Positions 20,146-30,037 of a stretch of DNA of 64,000 nt are shown here, one piece after another. Position numbers and translations under genes: made by a program. Under the pieces are notes generated by a model that saw only the letters and a list, made by a program, of their open reading frames with translations, was not told where the DNA came from and made no database searches. Numbering within the stretch: the stretch's first letter is position 1; every line of letters begins with the position of its first letter. The stretch lies in the IMG/VR virus record IMGVR_UViG_2690315929_000005, positions 1 to 64,000 of that record; one strand, 5' to 3'. The stretch is from an uncultured virus (IMG/VR IMGVR_UViG_2690315929_000005). Lineage: Duplodnaviria; Heunggongvirae; Uroviricota; Caudoviricetes.

Positions 20146-20352
20146 ATTTTAATTCCCCGAATTCGAGGGAATAAGTTTTTGATATTTATCCAGAGTGCTT
20201 ATTTGCATTGTGGTAATCCAACTCTCCGGAAATTCCGGATAGTTCACATTCAGAAGATCGCTTAGGCGGTCTTTTTTCGTATATATTAATTTGCCTTTAG
20301 CTTTATATCTTCTTGTCATAAAATGTAATTTGGATTTTTGCAAGGAGATGTA

Positions 20353-21120
20353 ATGAACCAATTAGAATTGCCATTAATTTCTAGGCAGGAAAACAATGTA
20401 GTTATTTCACAAAGAGCTCATGATGGATACATAAATGCTACTGCAATGTGTAAAGCGGCTGGCAAGTTGTTAGGGCATTATTTGGAAAATTCAACAGCTA
20501 AATCATTTCTATCTGAGTTGTCAGCCGATATCGGAATTCCGATATCGGAACTAATTCAAACAGTTAGAGGTGGATTTCCTCAAATGCAAGGCACTTGGGT
20601 TCATCCGCAGGTAGCCATCAACTTAGGTCAATGGGCTTCACCTAAGTTTGCTGTTCTTGTTTCAAAATGGGTATTCGATTGGATGTCTGGTGCAAAACAG
20701 CATCAATCAGCGATGCCATATCATGTAAGGCGTTACTTAATTAATCGGGAAAAAATACCGCCAACTCACTTTTCTATGCTGGATCAAATGACTTTAAAGT
20801 TATTAGCTCCATTAGAATCTAGAGGGTATATGCTCCCACAAAAACTTATGCCTGACATATCTTTAGGTAGATTCTTTAGCGATATTCTCAGGGCTAGAGG
20901 TTATGATCCTGATTCATTTCCTGTTTATGAGCATAAATTTGATGATGGAAGAAGACCAGTTGTTGAGGCAAGGCTTTATCCAAATGAGTTAATGACAATG
21001 TTTAATTTTGAAATTAACAACTGGATAAAGAATAAATCAATAACTTACTTTAAGGGTAAAGATAAAGAAGCATTACCTCATCTGAATGATATAATATTAG
21101 CCTTACCAGCCCCAGAGTAA
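20353..21120 (+). CDS. KilA-N domain protein
   Basis: DGYINATAMCKAAGK, QGTWVHPQVAINLGQW.SP.F. Confidence 0.9.
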   Translation: MNQLELPLISRQENNVVISQRAHDGYINATAMCKAAGKLLGHYLENSTAKSFLSELSADIGIPISELIQTVRGGFPQMQGTWVHPQVAINLGQWASPKFAVLVSKWVFDWMSGAKQHQSAMPYHVRRYLINREKIPPTHFSMLDQMTLKLLAPLESRGYMLPQKLMPDISLGRFFSDILRARGYDPDSFPVYEHKFDDGRRPVVEARLYPNELMTMFNFEINNWIKNKSITYFKGKDKEALPHLNDIILALPAPE

Positions 21121-21264
21121 TTATGAATCACTTATAGCAAGCCTCACTTTTAGTGGGGCTTTTTCGTATATGCCGACCACAGAATCAATCACAACACCTC
21201 ACGTTCACACAAGAGCTGTGAGTCGGCGTTCTATTAACTAAATTCCTCCTATGGGGAGGTAGGT

Positions 21265-21621
21265 ATGAAACGTATGCCAGAAAAATTCGAATGGGAGCAG
21301 ATTTTACGCTGGTTACAATCGGTCCTCCCACTCTTAGGTGGATTTACTATTGCTACAACAATTGCATACATCAGAGAAAGACAGGCTGGTTCTCAATGGA
21401 AGCGTTCTTTAGGTGAGGCCGTTATGTGTGGCTTGCTTAGTGTTGGAACTATTCGGTTTATTGATTGGTGGCTATCACGTAGTGGTGATGCTAGTTCGTG
21501 GGCATTATTGGCGGAATTCTGTGGTGTTGTAATTGGATTTTTAGGGACAAAGAAACTATACGCACTTTTTGAGGGTGCGGTCAAAATAGTAAAGGCTAAG
21601 TTTGGAGTTAAAGATGACTAA
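21265..21621 (+). CDS. Holin, lambda S-like, with dual-start motif MKRM
   Basis: Three hydrophobic segments, EAVMCG, IGFLG; hairpin over the RBS. Confidence 0.85.
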   Translation: MKRMPEKFEWEQILRWLQSVLPLLGGFTIATTIAYIRERQAGSQWKRSLGEAVMCGLLSVGTIRFIDWWLSRSGDASSWALLAEFCGVVIGFLGTKKLYALFEGAVKIVKAKFGVKDD

Positions 21622-22018
21622 ATCAGCACGCGGGGAAAGAAACAACAACCCTGGTAATATTCGACACGGTTCAAAATGGCAAGGACTATCTGCACAGCAA
21701 ACCGATGAAGACTTTTGCCAATTCGTGTCACCTGAATATGGTATACGAGCAATCTATGTATTGATGCGAACCTACGAAAATAAATACGGGTTGTGTTCTA
21801 TCCGTGAAATCATCAATCGCTATGCTCCGCCCAAAGAAAATAATACTGAGGGATACATTCATCGAGTCGCTAAAGAATTGAATGTAAGTACGGAAGATTG
21901 TGTATCAGTCAACAAAAAAGAAGTTGCGATTGCATTGGCCACAGCGATTGTTGGTGTTGAGCTGGGTTATCAGCCTTACAGCCCAAAAGTATTTGAAGAT
22001 GCATGGTTGTTGTTATGA
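21614..22018 (+). CDS. Putative endolysin (lysozyme-like, NNNPGNIR family)
   Basis: RGERNNNPGNIR, F.SPEYGIRA, RYAP..ENNT..YI; lies between holin and Rz. Confidence 0.75.
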   Translation: MTKSARGERNNNPGNIRHGSKWQGLSAQQTDEDFCQFVSPEYGIRAIYVLMRTYENKYGLCSIREIINRYAPPKENNTEGYIHRVAKELNVSTEDCVSVNKKEVAIALATAIVGVELGYQPYSPKVFEDAWLLL

Positions 22019-22470
22019 ATCTAGGCGAAACGATAGTGTCCGTGTGCGTTATTTTGATGATGAGCGTCGGTATGACGTGGCAGGGTAACAGGATTGGTAA
22101 GCTAAAAGCTTCAAATGCTGAATTAACTAGTCAACTATCTCAACAAGTCGAAATCAACAAAGACTACCAAGCTCGTATCACTCGACTAAATCAACTCGAT
22201 ATTAAATATACTCAGGAGTTAGCCAGTGCAAAGAATGAAATTGACACTCTTCGTGATGCTGTTAACTCTGGTTCTAAGCGGGTGTATGTCAAAGCCGAGT
22301 GTCCAGCAGTCACCAAGAATCCCACCGAAAGCGGAAGCAATGAAGCCACCGCACGACTTAACAAAGCAGTTGAACAAGATTATCTACGTCTCAGAGAAAT
22401 GATAGTCGAGAACGAACAGCAAACTTTGTATTTGCAGAATTACATTAACACTGAATGCCTCGCTCAATAG
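22015..22470 (+). CDS. Rz: i-spanin Rz
   Basis: N-terminal TM segment, LDIKYTQELA.AK.EI..LR, LQNYI...C. Confidence 0.9.
   Translation: MNLGETIVSVCVILMMSVGMTWQGNRIGKLKASNAELTSQLSQQVEINKDYQARITRLNQLDIKYTQELASAKNEIDTLRDAVNSGSKRVYVKAECPAVTKNPTESGSNEATARLNKAVEQDYLRLREMIVENEQQTLYLQNYINTECLAQ
22235..22402 (+). CDS. Rz1: o-spanin Rz1 lipoprotein embedded in Rz
   Basis: MKLTLFVMLLTLVLSG-C lipobox and Pro-rich body in an alternative frame within Rz. Confidence 0.8.
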   Translation: MKLTLFVMLLTLVLSGCMSKPSVQQSPRIPPKAEAMKPPHDLTKQLNKIIYVSEK

Positions 22471-22910
22471 CGGGGCTTTTTAATGGAGAAATATCATGGC
22501 AGCACAAGGTTTCGATAACCCAACTCAATTCCGTGAAGAGCTGGATAAAAGCATTCCAAAAGAATAAAAAAAGCCCAGCATGGGGGCTGGGCAAACTAAC
22601 AAGATATCAATCAAAGTGTAGCGATAGCTACTTAGTATAGCTTAAGTAAATATATATATCAGCAATTAGATAAGTCGTTTATCCATTAAGGAGAGTGATC
22701 ATATCTTGACTGCTAGGAACAGACTAGAAGTGGCTTAGCAGTGTATCGCTAAGCTGCGAACTCTACGCATTTCACCGGCGCATTCACCGCGCAATTAAAA
22801 CACTCACAGAACCTTACAGAAAGTCGAACCTGAGAAAAACCGTTAATGGTGTTTTCTGTGGGGCGGTTATTTCTGGTGAACAGGTTCGCTTTTCTATAAG
22901 GAAATACACC

Positions 22911-23597
22911 ATGTCTTTAGTGGAAATTAAAAAGTTTGATTTGTTAACTAGCTCTTCTGCAATTGCTGATGGAGTTAAAAAGAAACACAAAACAGTCATT
23001 CAGCTTGTTCGTCACTATGTCGATGACCTTAATGAATTTGGAAGGGTAGCATTTGAAATGCGATCCTTTGATACCGATGGTGGACGACAGAAACAACAGG
23101 TGGCGTTACTTAATGAGCAGCAGGCAACGTTGTTAATTACATATATGCGTAATAATGATGTTGTTAGGGCATTCAAGAAAAAGCTTGTTTCTGAATTCTT
23201 TAAAATGCGATCGGCTTTGGCTGCTAAGAAATTAGATAGAAACACATCAAGATTGGAATATAAGCCAATGACTGATGCAGTTAAAAAGTCGAGAGAAGAG
23301 CAAGGTAAAACTATTTCACCTCATCACTTCAGTAACGAGGCAGACTTAATTAATCGTATTGTGCTTGGTATGACATCTGCTAAGTTTCGTGTTCATAACG
23401 AAATAGGAAAGAAAGAACCTATTCGTGATTACCTAACTCCAGAGCAAATACATTGCGTAACTGAATTGCAAAGAGCCAACACAGTGTTTATCTCAATGGG
23501 ATGGAGCTTTGAACAACGAAAGGATGAATTAACTAAGTTGTTTAATAAAAACCATAAGCAACCATTGCTCGATGAGATGCATAGATTAGCGGCATGA
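22911..23597 (+). CDS. Rha-family regulatory protein
   Basis: TSSSAIADGV.KKHK, LNEQQATLLITYMRN, HHFSNEADLINR. Confidence 0.85.
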   Translation: MSLVEIKKFDLLTSSSAIADGVKKKHKTVIQLVRHYVDDLNEFGRVAFEMRSFDTDGGRQKQQVALLNEQQATLLITYMRNNDVVRAFKKKLVSEFFKMRSALAAKKLDRNTSRLEYKPMTDAVKKSREEQGKTISPHHFSNEADLINRIVLGMTSAKFRVHNEIGKKEPIRDYLTPEQIHCVTELQRANTVFISMGWSFEQRKDELTKLFNKNHKQPLLDEMHRLAA

Positions 23598-23607
23598 GGA
23601 TATCACT

Positions 23608-23840
23608 ATGAAAATAAAAAAACTGGACTAACAACAGGTCAATCTTTTGCAATATTAGCCATATTTATGGTTGTAGCTCTATCAATAAGTTTCTTCTTGT
23701 CATGGTGCTTGCTACATATTTGGAACTGGTTTGCTGATTCAGCAGGATTCGACTTGGCAATAAACATCAACTGGGGAACTGTAGTTGGATTGTCGGTAAT
23801 TCTATGGGTTCTTAAGTCGATATTTGGCAAGAAAGAATAG
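23608..23840 (+). pseudogene. Small membrane protein frameshifted in an A tract near its start
   Basis: ATG 23608 stops after 7 codons; one extra A would join it to TGLTTGQSFAILAIF...IFGKKE. Confidence 0.45.
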
Positions 23841-23870
23841 GCCCTAGTGGCCTTTTTTATTGGGTGGAAT

Positions 23871-24086
23871 ATGAAAAATTACAACATAGACGCCAAGACC
23901 ACAGGGGCTGTAACGAAGGTGGATATAACTCATGGTAACTTGAAGGCTTGTTTGTGTCAGGCTGGAAATGTTAGAAAAATCATCGTTACTGGTCGTGGAA
24001 ATGTTCGTCAAATCAAAACTATTGCTAAGGCATTTCATGATGTATTGAAAGAAGGCTCGAATTCATGTCAGAAAAATATCACGTAA
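23871..24086 (+). CDS. Hypothetical protein
   Basis: ORF upstream of terS. Confidence 0.45.
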   Translation: MKNYNIDAKTTGAVTKVDITHGNLKACLCQAGNVRKIIVTGRGNVRQIKTIAKAFHDVLKEGSNSCQKNIT

Positions 24087-24250
24087 TAGCAACTAAGAAA
24101 GATGGCACAACCTACGAAGGCATGATGACCACTAAAGAACCTCGCGTGACTAACGGGTTAATCGGTATCGCATCACTCGATGGCTCATGGGTATACATAT
24201 CACCTGATGAGATTAGTGATATTAAATATGTGCCAGTAGTTGAACAGTAA
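24065..24250 (+). CDS. Hypothetical protein
   Basis: ORF upstream of terS. Confidence 0.6.
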   Translation: MSEKYHVIATKKDGTTYEGMMTTKEPRVTNGLIGIASLDGSWVYISPDEISDIKYVPVVEQ

Positions 24251-24397
24251 ATGATTATTCATTTTAGAAAATTCTACAAATGTCATTCTTTGAGTGGCAT
24301 TGATAGAGTTTTATATAGGTTTATATCCTTAACGGTGTCATTGATTGCCGGAGATATATAAACGAAACCAGTTAATTATTCTAAAAGAGGCTGATTA

Positions 24398-24838
24398 ATG
24401 GCGACTGAAAAGAAAATGGGTCGCCCTTCTGATTACTTACCAGAGGTGGCGGACGATGTATGCGCTCTAATTGCCGATGGTGAAAGTTTGCGTTCTGTAT
24501 GCAAGCGACCAGGAATGCCAAACACAACTAAAGTCATGCGTTGGTTGCGAGAATACCCTGACTTTCGTGAACAGTACGCGAAAGCGATGGAATCAAGAGC
24601 TGATGCCGTGTTTGAAGAGTTGTTTGATATTGCTGATGATGTAACAGAAGAACCATCGGCAGTTGCTAAGGCAAGGTTAAGGATAGATACCAGAAAGTGG
24701 GCTTTAGCAAGAATGAGCCCTAAAAAGTATGGGGACAAGGTAACTCAGGATATTGATTTGAAATCATCTGACGGATCAATGTCACCGACAAAAATAGTTC
24801 TTGTTGCCGGAGGTAGCAATGACGGTAGCGAGGATTGA
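24398..24838 (+). CDS. terS: Terminase small subunit, Sf6 gp1-like
   Basis: GRPSDY.PEVADD.C...GESL..VCKRPGMP...RW...F...YAKA...VAKARLR.DTRKWALARM.P.KYGDKVT. Confidence 0.93.
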   Translation: MATEKKMGRPSDYLPEVADDVCALIADGESLRSVCKRPGMPNTTKVMRWLREYPDFREQYAKAMESRADAVFEELFDIADDVTEEPSAVAKARLRIDTRKWALARMSPKKYGDKVTQDIDLKSSDGSMSPTKIVLVAGGSNDGSED

Positions 24839-26063
24839 AATACCACCTAAATTAATTCCGGTTTTTGAAGGTAACTATCGCTATCGATGTTCACACGGCG
24901 GGCGAGGATCTGCAAAGACAAGAACATTTGCATTAATGACAGCGATTCGTGGCTACATGGCCGCAATGAATGGTCAATCAGGTGTAATACTTTGTGCTCG
25001 TGAGTACATGAACTCGTTAGAAGAATCATCAATGGAAGAGGTAAAGCAGGCAATACGCTCTGTGCCTTGGTTAAATGATTTCTATGAACTTGGTGAGAAG
25101 TATATCCGCACAAAATGTCGCTCTGTTAGTTATGTGTTTGCAGGGTTGCGACATAACTTAGATAGCATTAAATCTAAGGCGAGAATATTAATCGCCTGGG
25201 TTGACGAGGCTGAATCAGTATCAGAAATAGCATGGACTAAATTAACGCCCACTGTTCGTGAAGCTGGTTCTGAAATATGGGTGACATGGAACCCAGAAAG
25301 AGACGGAAGTGCTACGGATAAACGTTTTAGAAAGAATCCCCCTGATAATTCTGTTGTTGTTGAGATGAACTACGGAGATAACCCGTGGTTTCCATCAGTG
25401 CTTGAAGAAGAACGATTAAGCGATCAGGAAAGATTGGACTCTGCTACTTACGCATGGATTTGGGAAGGGGCTTATCTTGAAAACTCCGATAAGCAGGTAT
25501 TAGCAAATAAATACGTTGTTAAATCATTCCCTGATGACTTATGGCAGAAAGCAGACAGATTACTATTCGGTGCTGACTTCGGCTTTGCGAAAGACCCTAA
25601 CACGCTATTGCGCCAATTCATTCTAAACGACTGCCTGTACATCGAGTACGAGGCATACGGAATAGGTGTTGAGCTTGACCATATGCCAGCGTTTTACGAC
25701 AAGATACCTGAATCTCGCAAGTGGCCAATTAAAGCAGACTCCGCACGACCCGAAACAATCAGCTATTTAAAACGCCAAGGCTTCAATATCTCTGCCGCTA
25801 AAAAATGGCAAGGTAGCGTAGAAGATGGCATTACACATCTGCGCGGATTCAAGCAAATAATCATCCATCCTCGCTGTAAAGAAACAGCAAAAGAAGCTCG
25901 TCTTTACTCATACAAAACAGACCGGATCACTGGTGAGGTTCTTCCCGTTATTGAGGATAAGAATAACCATTGCTGGGATGCGGTTAGATATGGGCTTGAT
26001 GGGTATATCACACAAAAATCAAATGCAGGCCTATTGGTTCCAAAACGATTACTGAGGCGATAA
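24819..26063 (+). CDS. terL: Terminase large subunit, PBSX family (headful/pac packaging)
   Basis: GGRGSAKT, WVDEAE, GADFGF, NHCWDAVRY. Confidence 0.95.
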   Translation: MTVARIEIPPKLIPVFEGNYRYRCSHGGRGSAKTRTFALMTAIRGYMAAMNGQSGVILCAREYMNSLEESSMEEVKQAIRSVPWLNDFYELGEKYIRTKCRSVSYVFAGLRHNLDSIKSKARILIAWVDEAESVSEIAWTKLTPTVREAGSEIWVTWNPERDGSATDKRFRKNPPDNSVVVEMNYGDNPWFPSVLEEERLSDQERLDSATYAWIWEGAYLENSDKQVLANKYVVKSFPDDLWQKADRLLFGADFGFAKDPNTLLRQFILNDCLYIEYEAYGIGVELDHMPAFYDKIPESRKWPIKADSARPETISYLKRQGFNISAAKKWQGSVEDGITHLRGFKQIIIHPRCKETAKEARLYSYKTDRITGEVLPVIEDKNNHCWDAVRYGLDGYITQKSNAGLLVPKRLLRR

Positions 26064-27418
26064 TGCAAGAAAACATGAAACTAGCCGTCAATCACATGGT
26101 GAGTGACGCGATAGCTCGTGCCCGTATGGCTTTGGTTAATCCAACCATGGGGCTTGATGCGAAGCGATCATCTGCTTGGTGTGAATACGGATTCAAACAA
26201 GATTTAACCTTTGAGGATTTATATAAACTATTTCGCCGTGGTGGGATTGCCTTTGGTGGGGTAACAAAACTCGTAGGTAATTGCTGGAAAACATCACCTC
26301 AAGTGATTGAGGGTGACAAAGCAGATAAATACAAGAAAGAAACAACTTGGGAAGCTTCATTTAAAAAGTACGTGAATAAACGTATCTGGAAAGCATTCAA
26401 AGAAGCAGACCAGAAGCGACTTGTCGGTCGTTATGCAGGTTTAATTCTTCATATCAATGATAGTGGGAAGTGGCATGAGCCCGTCACGAAATCAAAGCTA
26501 CTTAAAAAAGCAACGCCAGCATGGGCGAATGCAATTAAGCCTACTGATTGGGTGACGGATATTAACTCTCCTAATTACGGTCAACCTAGCATGTGGCAGT
26601 ACACGGAGACGCTACCGAATGGTGGGACTAGAAATATCAATATCCATCCGGATCGGGTTTTTATTCTCGGTGATTATTCAGTTGACGCTATCGGTTTTCT
26701 TGAGCCTGCCTATAACGCCTTTGTAAGCCTTGAAAAGGTTGAAGGCGGATCTGGTGAATCATTTCTTAAAAACGCAGCAAGACAGCTAAATATTAACTAC
26801 GAAAAGGAAGCTAGTCTTGATGAAATGGCAAGAATGTATGGTGTTGACATTGCTGGGTTGCAGGAAATTTATAATGAAGTAGCAAGAGAAATCAACGCAG
26901 GTAATGATTCGGTTCTTGTTACGAAGGGCGCAAATGTCAGCCCTATGGTCACTGCCGTATCTGATCCGACACCAACCTATATGGTTAACCTACAAACCGC
27001 ATCAGCCGCAATGGATATTCCATCCAAAATACTTGTTGGTATGCAAACGGGCGAAAGAGCCAGCACCGAAGATCAGAAGTATTTCAACGCTCGATGTCAG
27101 TCACGCAGAGAAAGCGAGCTCTCATTTGAGATAGAGGACTTCATCGATCATCTAATTAACATCAAGGTACTAGATCCTATCGGTGAGAAAACAGTTATTT
27201 GGGATGATTTAAACGAGCAATCAGCTATTGAGAAGCTCGACAGCGCTGAGAAGATGAGCAGAATTAATCAAGCAGCTCTCTCTACTGGTGAGCCAGTGTT
27301 TAGCGTCGAAGAAATTAGGACGGCAGCTGGCTATGAAAATGATAGTGAAGAGCCATTAGGTGAAACTGATGAAGATACAGAAGATAAGGACGGCGATAAG
27401 ACCCGGAACGAAAGCTGA
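26063..27418 (+). CDS. Portal protein (DUF1073-like)
   Basis: Position after terL, 451 aa, IHPDRV, IP.KILVG.QTGERAS. Confidence 0.85.
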   Translation: MQENMKLAVNHMVSDAIARARMALVNPTMGLDAKRSSAWCEYGFKQDLTFEDLYKLFRRGGIAFGGVTKLVGNCWKTSPQVIEGDKADKYKKETTWEASFKKYVNKRIWKAFKEADQKRLVGRYAGLILHINDSGKWHEPVTKSKLLKKATPAWANAIKPTDWVTDINSPNYGQPSMWQYTETLPNGGTRNINIHPDRVFILGDYSVDAIGFLEPAYNAFVSLEKVEGGSGESFLKNAARQLNINYEKEASLDEMARMYGVDIAGLQEIYNEVAREINAGNDSVLVTKGANVSPMVTAVSDPTPTYMVNLQTASAAMDIPSKILVGMQTGERASTEDQKYFNARCQSRRESELSFEIEDFIDHLINIKVLDPIGEKTVIWDDLNEQSAIEKLDSAEKMSRINQAALSTGEPVFSVEEIRTAAGYENDSEEPLGETDEDTEDKDGDKTRNES

Positions 27419-28298
27419 TCCAACATCAGTCGATAAACTAGAACGTGGCGCAATGAGAGAGTTTGCGAAACGCATTAGAAGAATATCAAAAGGCTATATT
27501 CAACTTCTTAATAGAATCCCCTCTGAGCCAGTCGTCAATAGAAAATACCAATTCGATTTAGATCCTAACTATCTATCAATACTGTTGAGAGATGGTGAAC
27601 TAATGGTTGATGAGGTGCTTTTGAATGGTGGCGAGTTTGGTAACTTTCTTTTCCTTGAGTATGTGAGCACAGCATACGAAAGAGGAACAGCACAGCAGTA
27701 TGCAAACTTAGCACAGCAATCAACTGTCTACGCAGCAACTCAACAAAGTGTTGCAACGATACTGATGAGTGAGCCATATCAACTAAGAATGGCTCTAGTT
27801 CGCTCTCGTGTGTTCGAGGAAATGAAAGGGTTGTCTGGTCAGGTTAAAGCTGACATGGCTCGCATTCTTACGGATGGTATCGCGAGAGGTTTAAACCCTC
27901 GTGAAGTAGCGAGAAACCTAACCAATCAAGCTGGCATTGAAACTCGCCGAGCTAAGCGGATAGCAAGGACAGAGATACCAAGCGCATTGCGTAGGGCACG
28001 ATTAGATGAAGCTGACGAAGCCAAGGAAATGCTTAACCTTGAAACTCGTGAGATTCATGTTTCAGCACTAAGCCCAACAACAAGAGCTAATCATGCAGCT
28101 AGACACGGGAAGATGTTTACGTCTGATGAACAACGTGATTGGTGGGCTCGTGACGCTAATTCAATTAACTGTAAATGCTCAACTGTAACCGTTCTTGTTG
28201 ATAAAGACGGCAAGCCTTACAACAAGACTCTCATCAATAAACTATTAGAGGAAAAAGAAGCCATGAAAGAACGTGGTTATCAATGGGCGGAGGAATAA
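27369..28298 (+). CDS. Head morphogenesis protein (SPP1 gp7/Mu F-like)
   Basis: RAKRIARTE, TR.NHAARHGK, INCKC. Confidence 0.88.
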   Translation: MKIQKIRTAIRPGTKADPTSVDKLERGAMREFAKRIRRISKGYIQLLNRIPSEPVVNRKYQFDLDPNYLSILLRDGELMVDEVLLNGGEFGNFLFLEYVSTAYERGTAQQYANLAQQSTVYAATQQSVATILMSEPYQLRMALVRSRVFEEMKGLSGQVKADMARILTDGIARGLNPREVARNLTNQAGIETRRAKRIARTEIPSALRRARLDEADEAKEMLNLETREIHVSALSPTTRANHAARHGKMFTSDEQRDWWARDANSINCKCSTVTVLVDKDGKPYNKTLINKLLEEKEAMKERGYQWAEE

Positions 28299-28301
28299 CT
28301 G

Positions 28302-29576
28302 ATGCCAATTCAAGTAAATGTCACGACAAAAGTTAATAGCGCCTCTATTCGGCGTGAAACATACAACGGTCGTGAACACATTATTATCCCAAGTTATACG
28401 CTTCCAGCAAACGTCATTATGAATGGTGGATTATATCCAGCAAGTGAGATTGACGCCCATTACCGAGAGTTAGAAGGCACTCCTGCGCCATTAGGCCACC
28501 CTACGCTTGATGGTCAGTTTGTATCAGCGCTTTCTTTCGAAGGTCTTAATGTTGGGTATATCGGCGCAGCAAACAGAAATGTTTCCAAGGTTGGTAATCG
28601 CATCTATTTAGAAAAGTGGATAGATGTAGATAAGGCTAAAGAGTCAGAAGGCGGCAAAGAAGTTCTTCAGCGCGTAGAAGCGATTGAAAACGGTGAAAGC
28701 TCAGAGCCAATTCATACGAGCGTCGCAGTCTTTCTTGAGCAGATTGAAGCAAGCGAAGAGCAGAAAGCGCAGGGTTATAACTGGATTGCAAAGATACACA
28801 GCATGGATCATGACGCAATTCTGCTCTATGAATCAGGAGCAGCAACACCAGATCAAGGTGTTGGAATGATGGTTAATGCTGACCAAGCCACAGAGGTTAA
28901 AACCAACAGTGGCGCTCTAGTTGGTGAAACTTATCGTGAAAAATCACATCGCCTTGAAATGGCCGCAAAGAAACAGTTCGTTGCTGGTGATGGTTACGTG
29001 TGGGTATCGGACTTCACAGACACTCATGCAGTAATCGTTATCGATGGAGGTAATGCAAAACTACATTCCTACACAAATGAAAATGGCAACATCACCTTTG
29101 ATGCGCAAGGCGAAGAAGTTGAGCGTCAAGAGTCATGGGTGAAGGTTATAACAAACAAACTTAAATCAGCTTTCAGTAAACCGCAGGCAAGCCCTGCAAT
29201 CAATAACAGCACGGAGGGCGACATGCCTTTAACTCAAGAAGAAAAAACAGAGCTTTATTCAGAAATCGGCAATCAAATTGCTGCGAATGTAACAAAAGCA
29301 TTGGAAGGTATCACGTCAAAAATTGATACGTTACAAGCCAATCAAGATCAGTTAAAAGAAACTTTAACCGCAAATCAACGCGCAGAAGAAACCGAAATGC
29401 GCAAAGTAATTGCCGAAAAATACGGTGAAGTGGTGGCTAACTCACTGCAAGGTCAAGCACTGATCGACATGCATAAACAAATTGGTGACGCAGCAAGTTT
29501 GGCCGGCAACTCAGGCGCACAGCAAGAGCAAACTGGCGCACCAGACTATGCGGAATACTTTGGAGGTGCTAAATAA
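28302..29576 (+). CDS. Prohead protease/scaffold
   Basis: PLGHP and DHDAIL motifs, coiled C-terminus, position before capsid genes. Confidence 0.75.
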   Translation: MPIQVNVTTKVNSASIRRETYNGREHIIIPSYTLPANVIMNGGLYPASEIDAHYRELEGTPAPLGHPTLDGQFVSALSFEGLNVGYIGAANRNVSKVGNRIYLEKWIDVDKAKESEGGKEVLQRVEAIENGESSEPIHTSVAVFLEQIEASEEQKAQGYNWIAKIHSMDHDAILLYESGAATPDQGVGMMVNADQATEVKTNSGALVGETYREKSHRLEMAAKKQFVAGDGYVWVSDFTDTHAVIVIDGGNAKLHSYTNENGNITFDAQGEEVERQESWVKVITNKLKSAFSKPQASPAINNSTEGDMPLTQEEKTELYSEIGNQIAANVTKALEGITSKIDTLQANQDQLKETLTANQRAEETEMRKVIAEKYGEVVANSLQGQALIDMHKQIGDAASLAGNSGAQQEQTGAPDYAEYFGGAK

Positions 29577-30025
29577 TGGCTATTAGTCGCTATCGCCGTG
29601 TAAACCTTGACGGTAAATCAATCACAGAAACTCGCGCAGCAAAAGCGGTTACGTTGCCGGGCACTTTTGTTGTTATTAACGCAGACAATGAGTTTTCTCA
29701 AGCTACTGCATTATCCGGACGCATTTATGTAGCTAATCCAGCATATCACCAAGGGCTATCTATTCGTGATGGCGTTCCGGTTGGTGATTCTCTAGTTGGT
29801 GAGTATGTAGAAGAAGGTCGAGAGCTGGCTGTGTTGGTTCCTGCTGGAACTTATAAAAAAGACTCACCGATCAAGCTTGGTGCTGATGGTAAAGGCGCTC
29901 TTGCATCTGCTGATACAGAATCAGTAATTGGCTACTCTCAAGATGAAGTGACGCTAAAAGCTGATGATTTCATTCGTGTTCGCTTTCGTATTGGCACTGT
30001 GGCTACTGCAACTACTGATCAATAA
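29576..30025 (+). CDS. Head decoration protein
   Basis: Size and position between scaffold and capsid. Confidence 0.65.
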   Translation: MAISRYRRVNLDGKSITETRAAKAVTLPGTFVVINADNEFSQATALSGRIYVANPAYHQGLSIRDGVPVGDSLVGEYVEEGRELAVLVPAGTYKKDSPIKLGADGKGALASADTESVIGYSQDEVTLKADDFIRVRFRIGTVATATTDQ

Positions 30026-30037
30026 AAAGGAAAAAAC

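Noticed and set aside
26063..27418. Anti-CBASS Acb1 label sometimes attached to this family
   Set aside because: Size and position between terL and the head morphogenesis gene indicate a portal protein.
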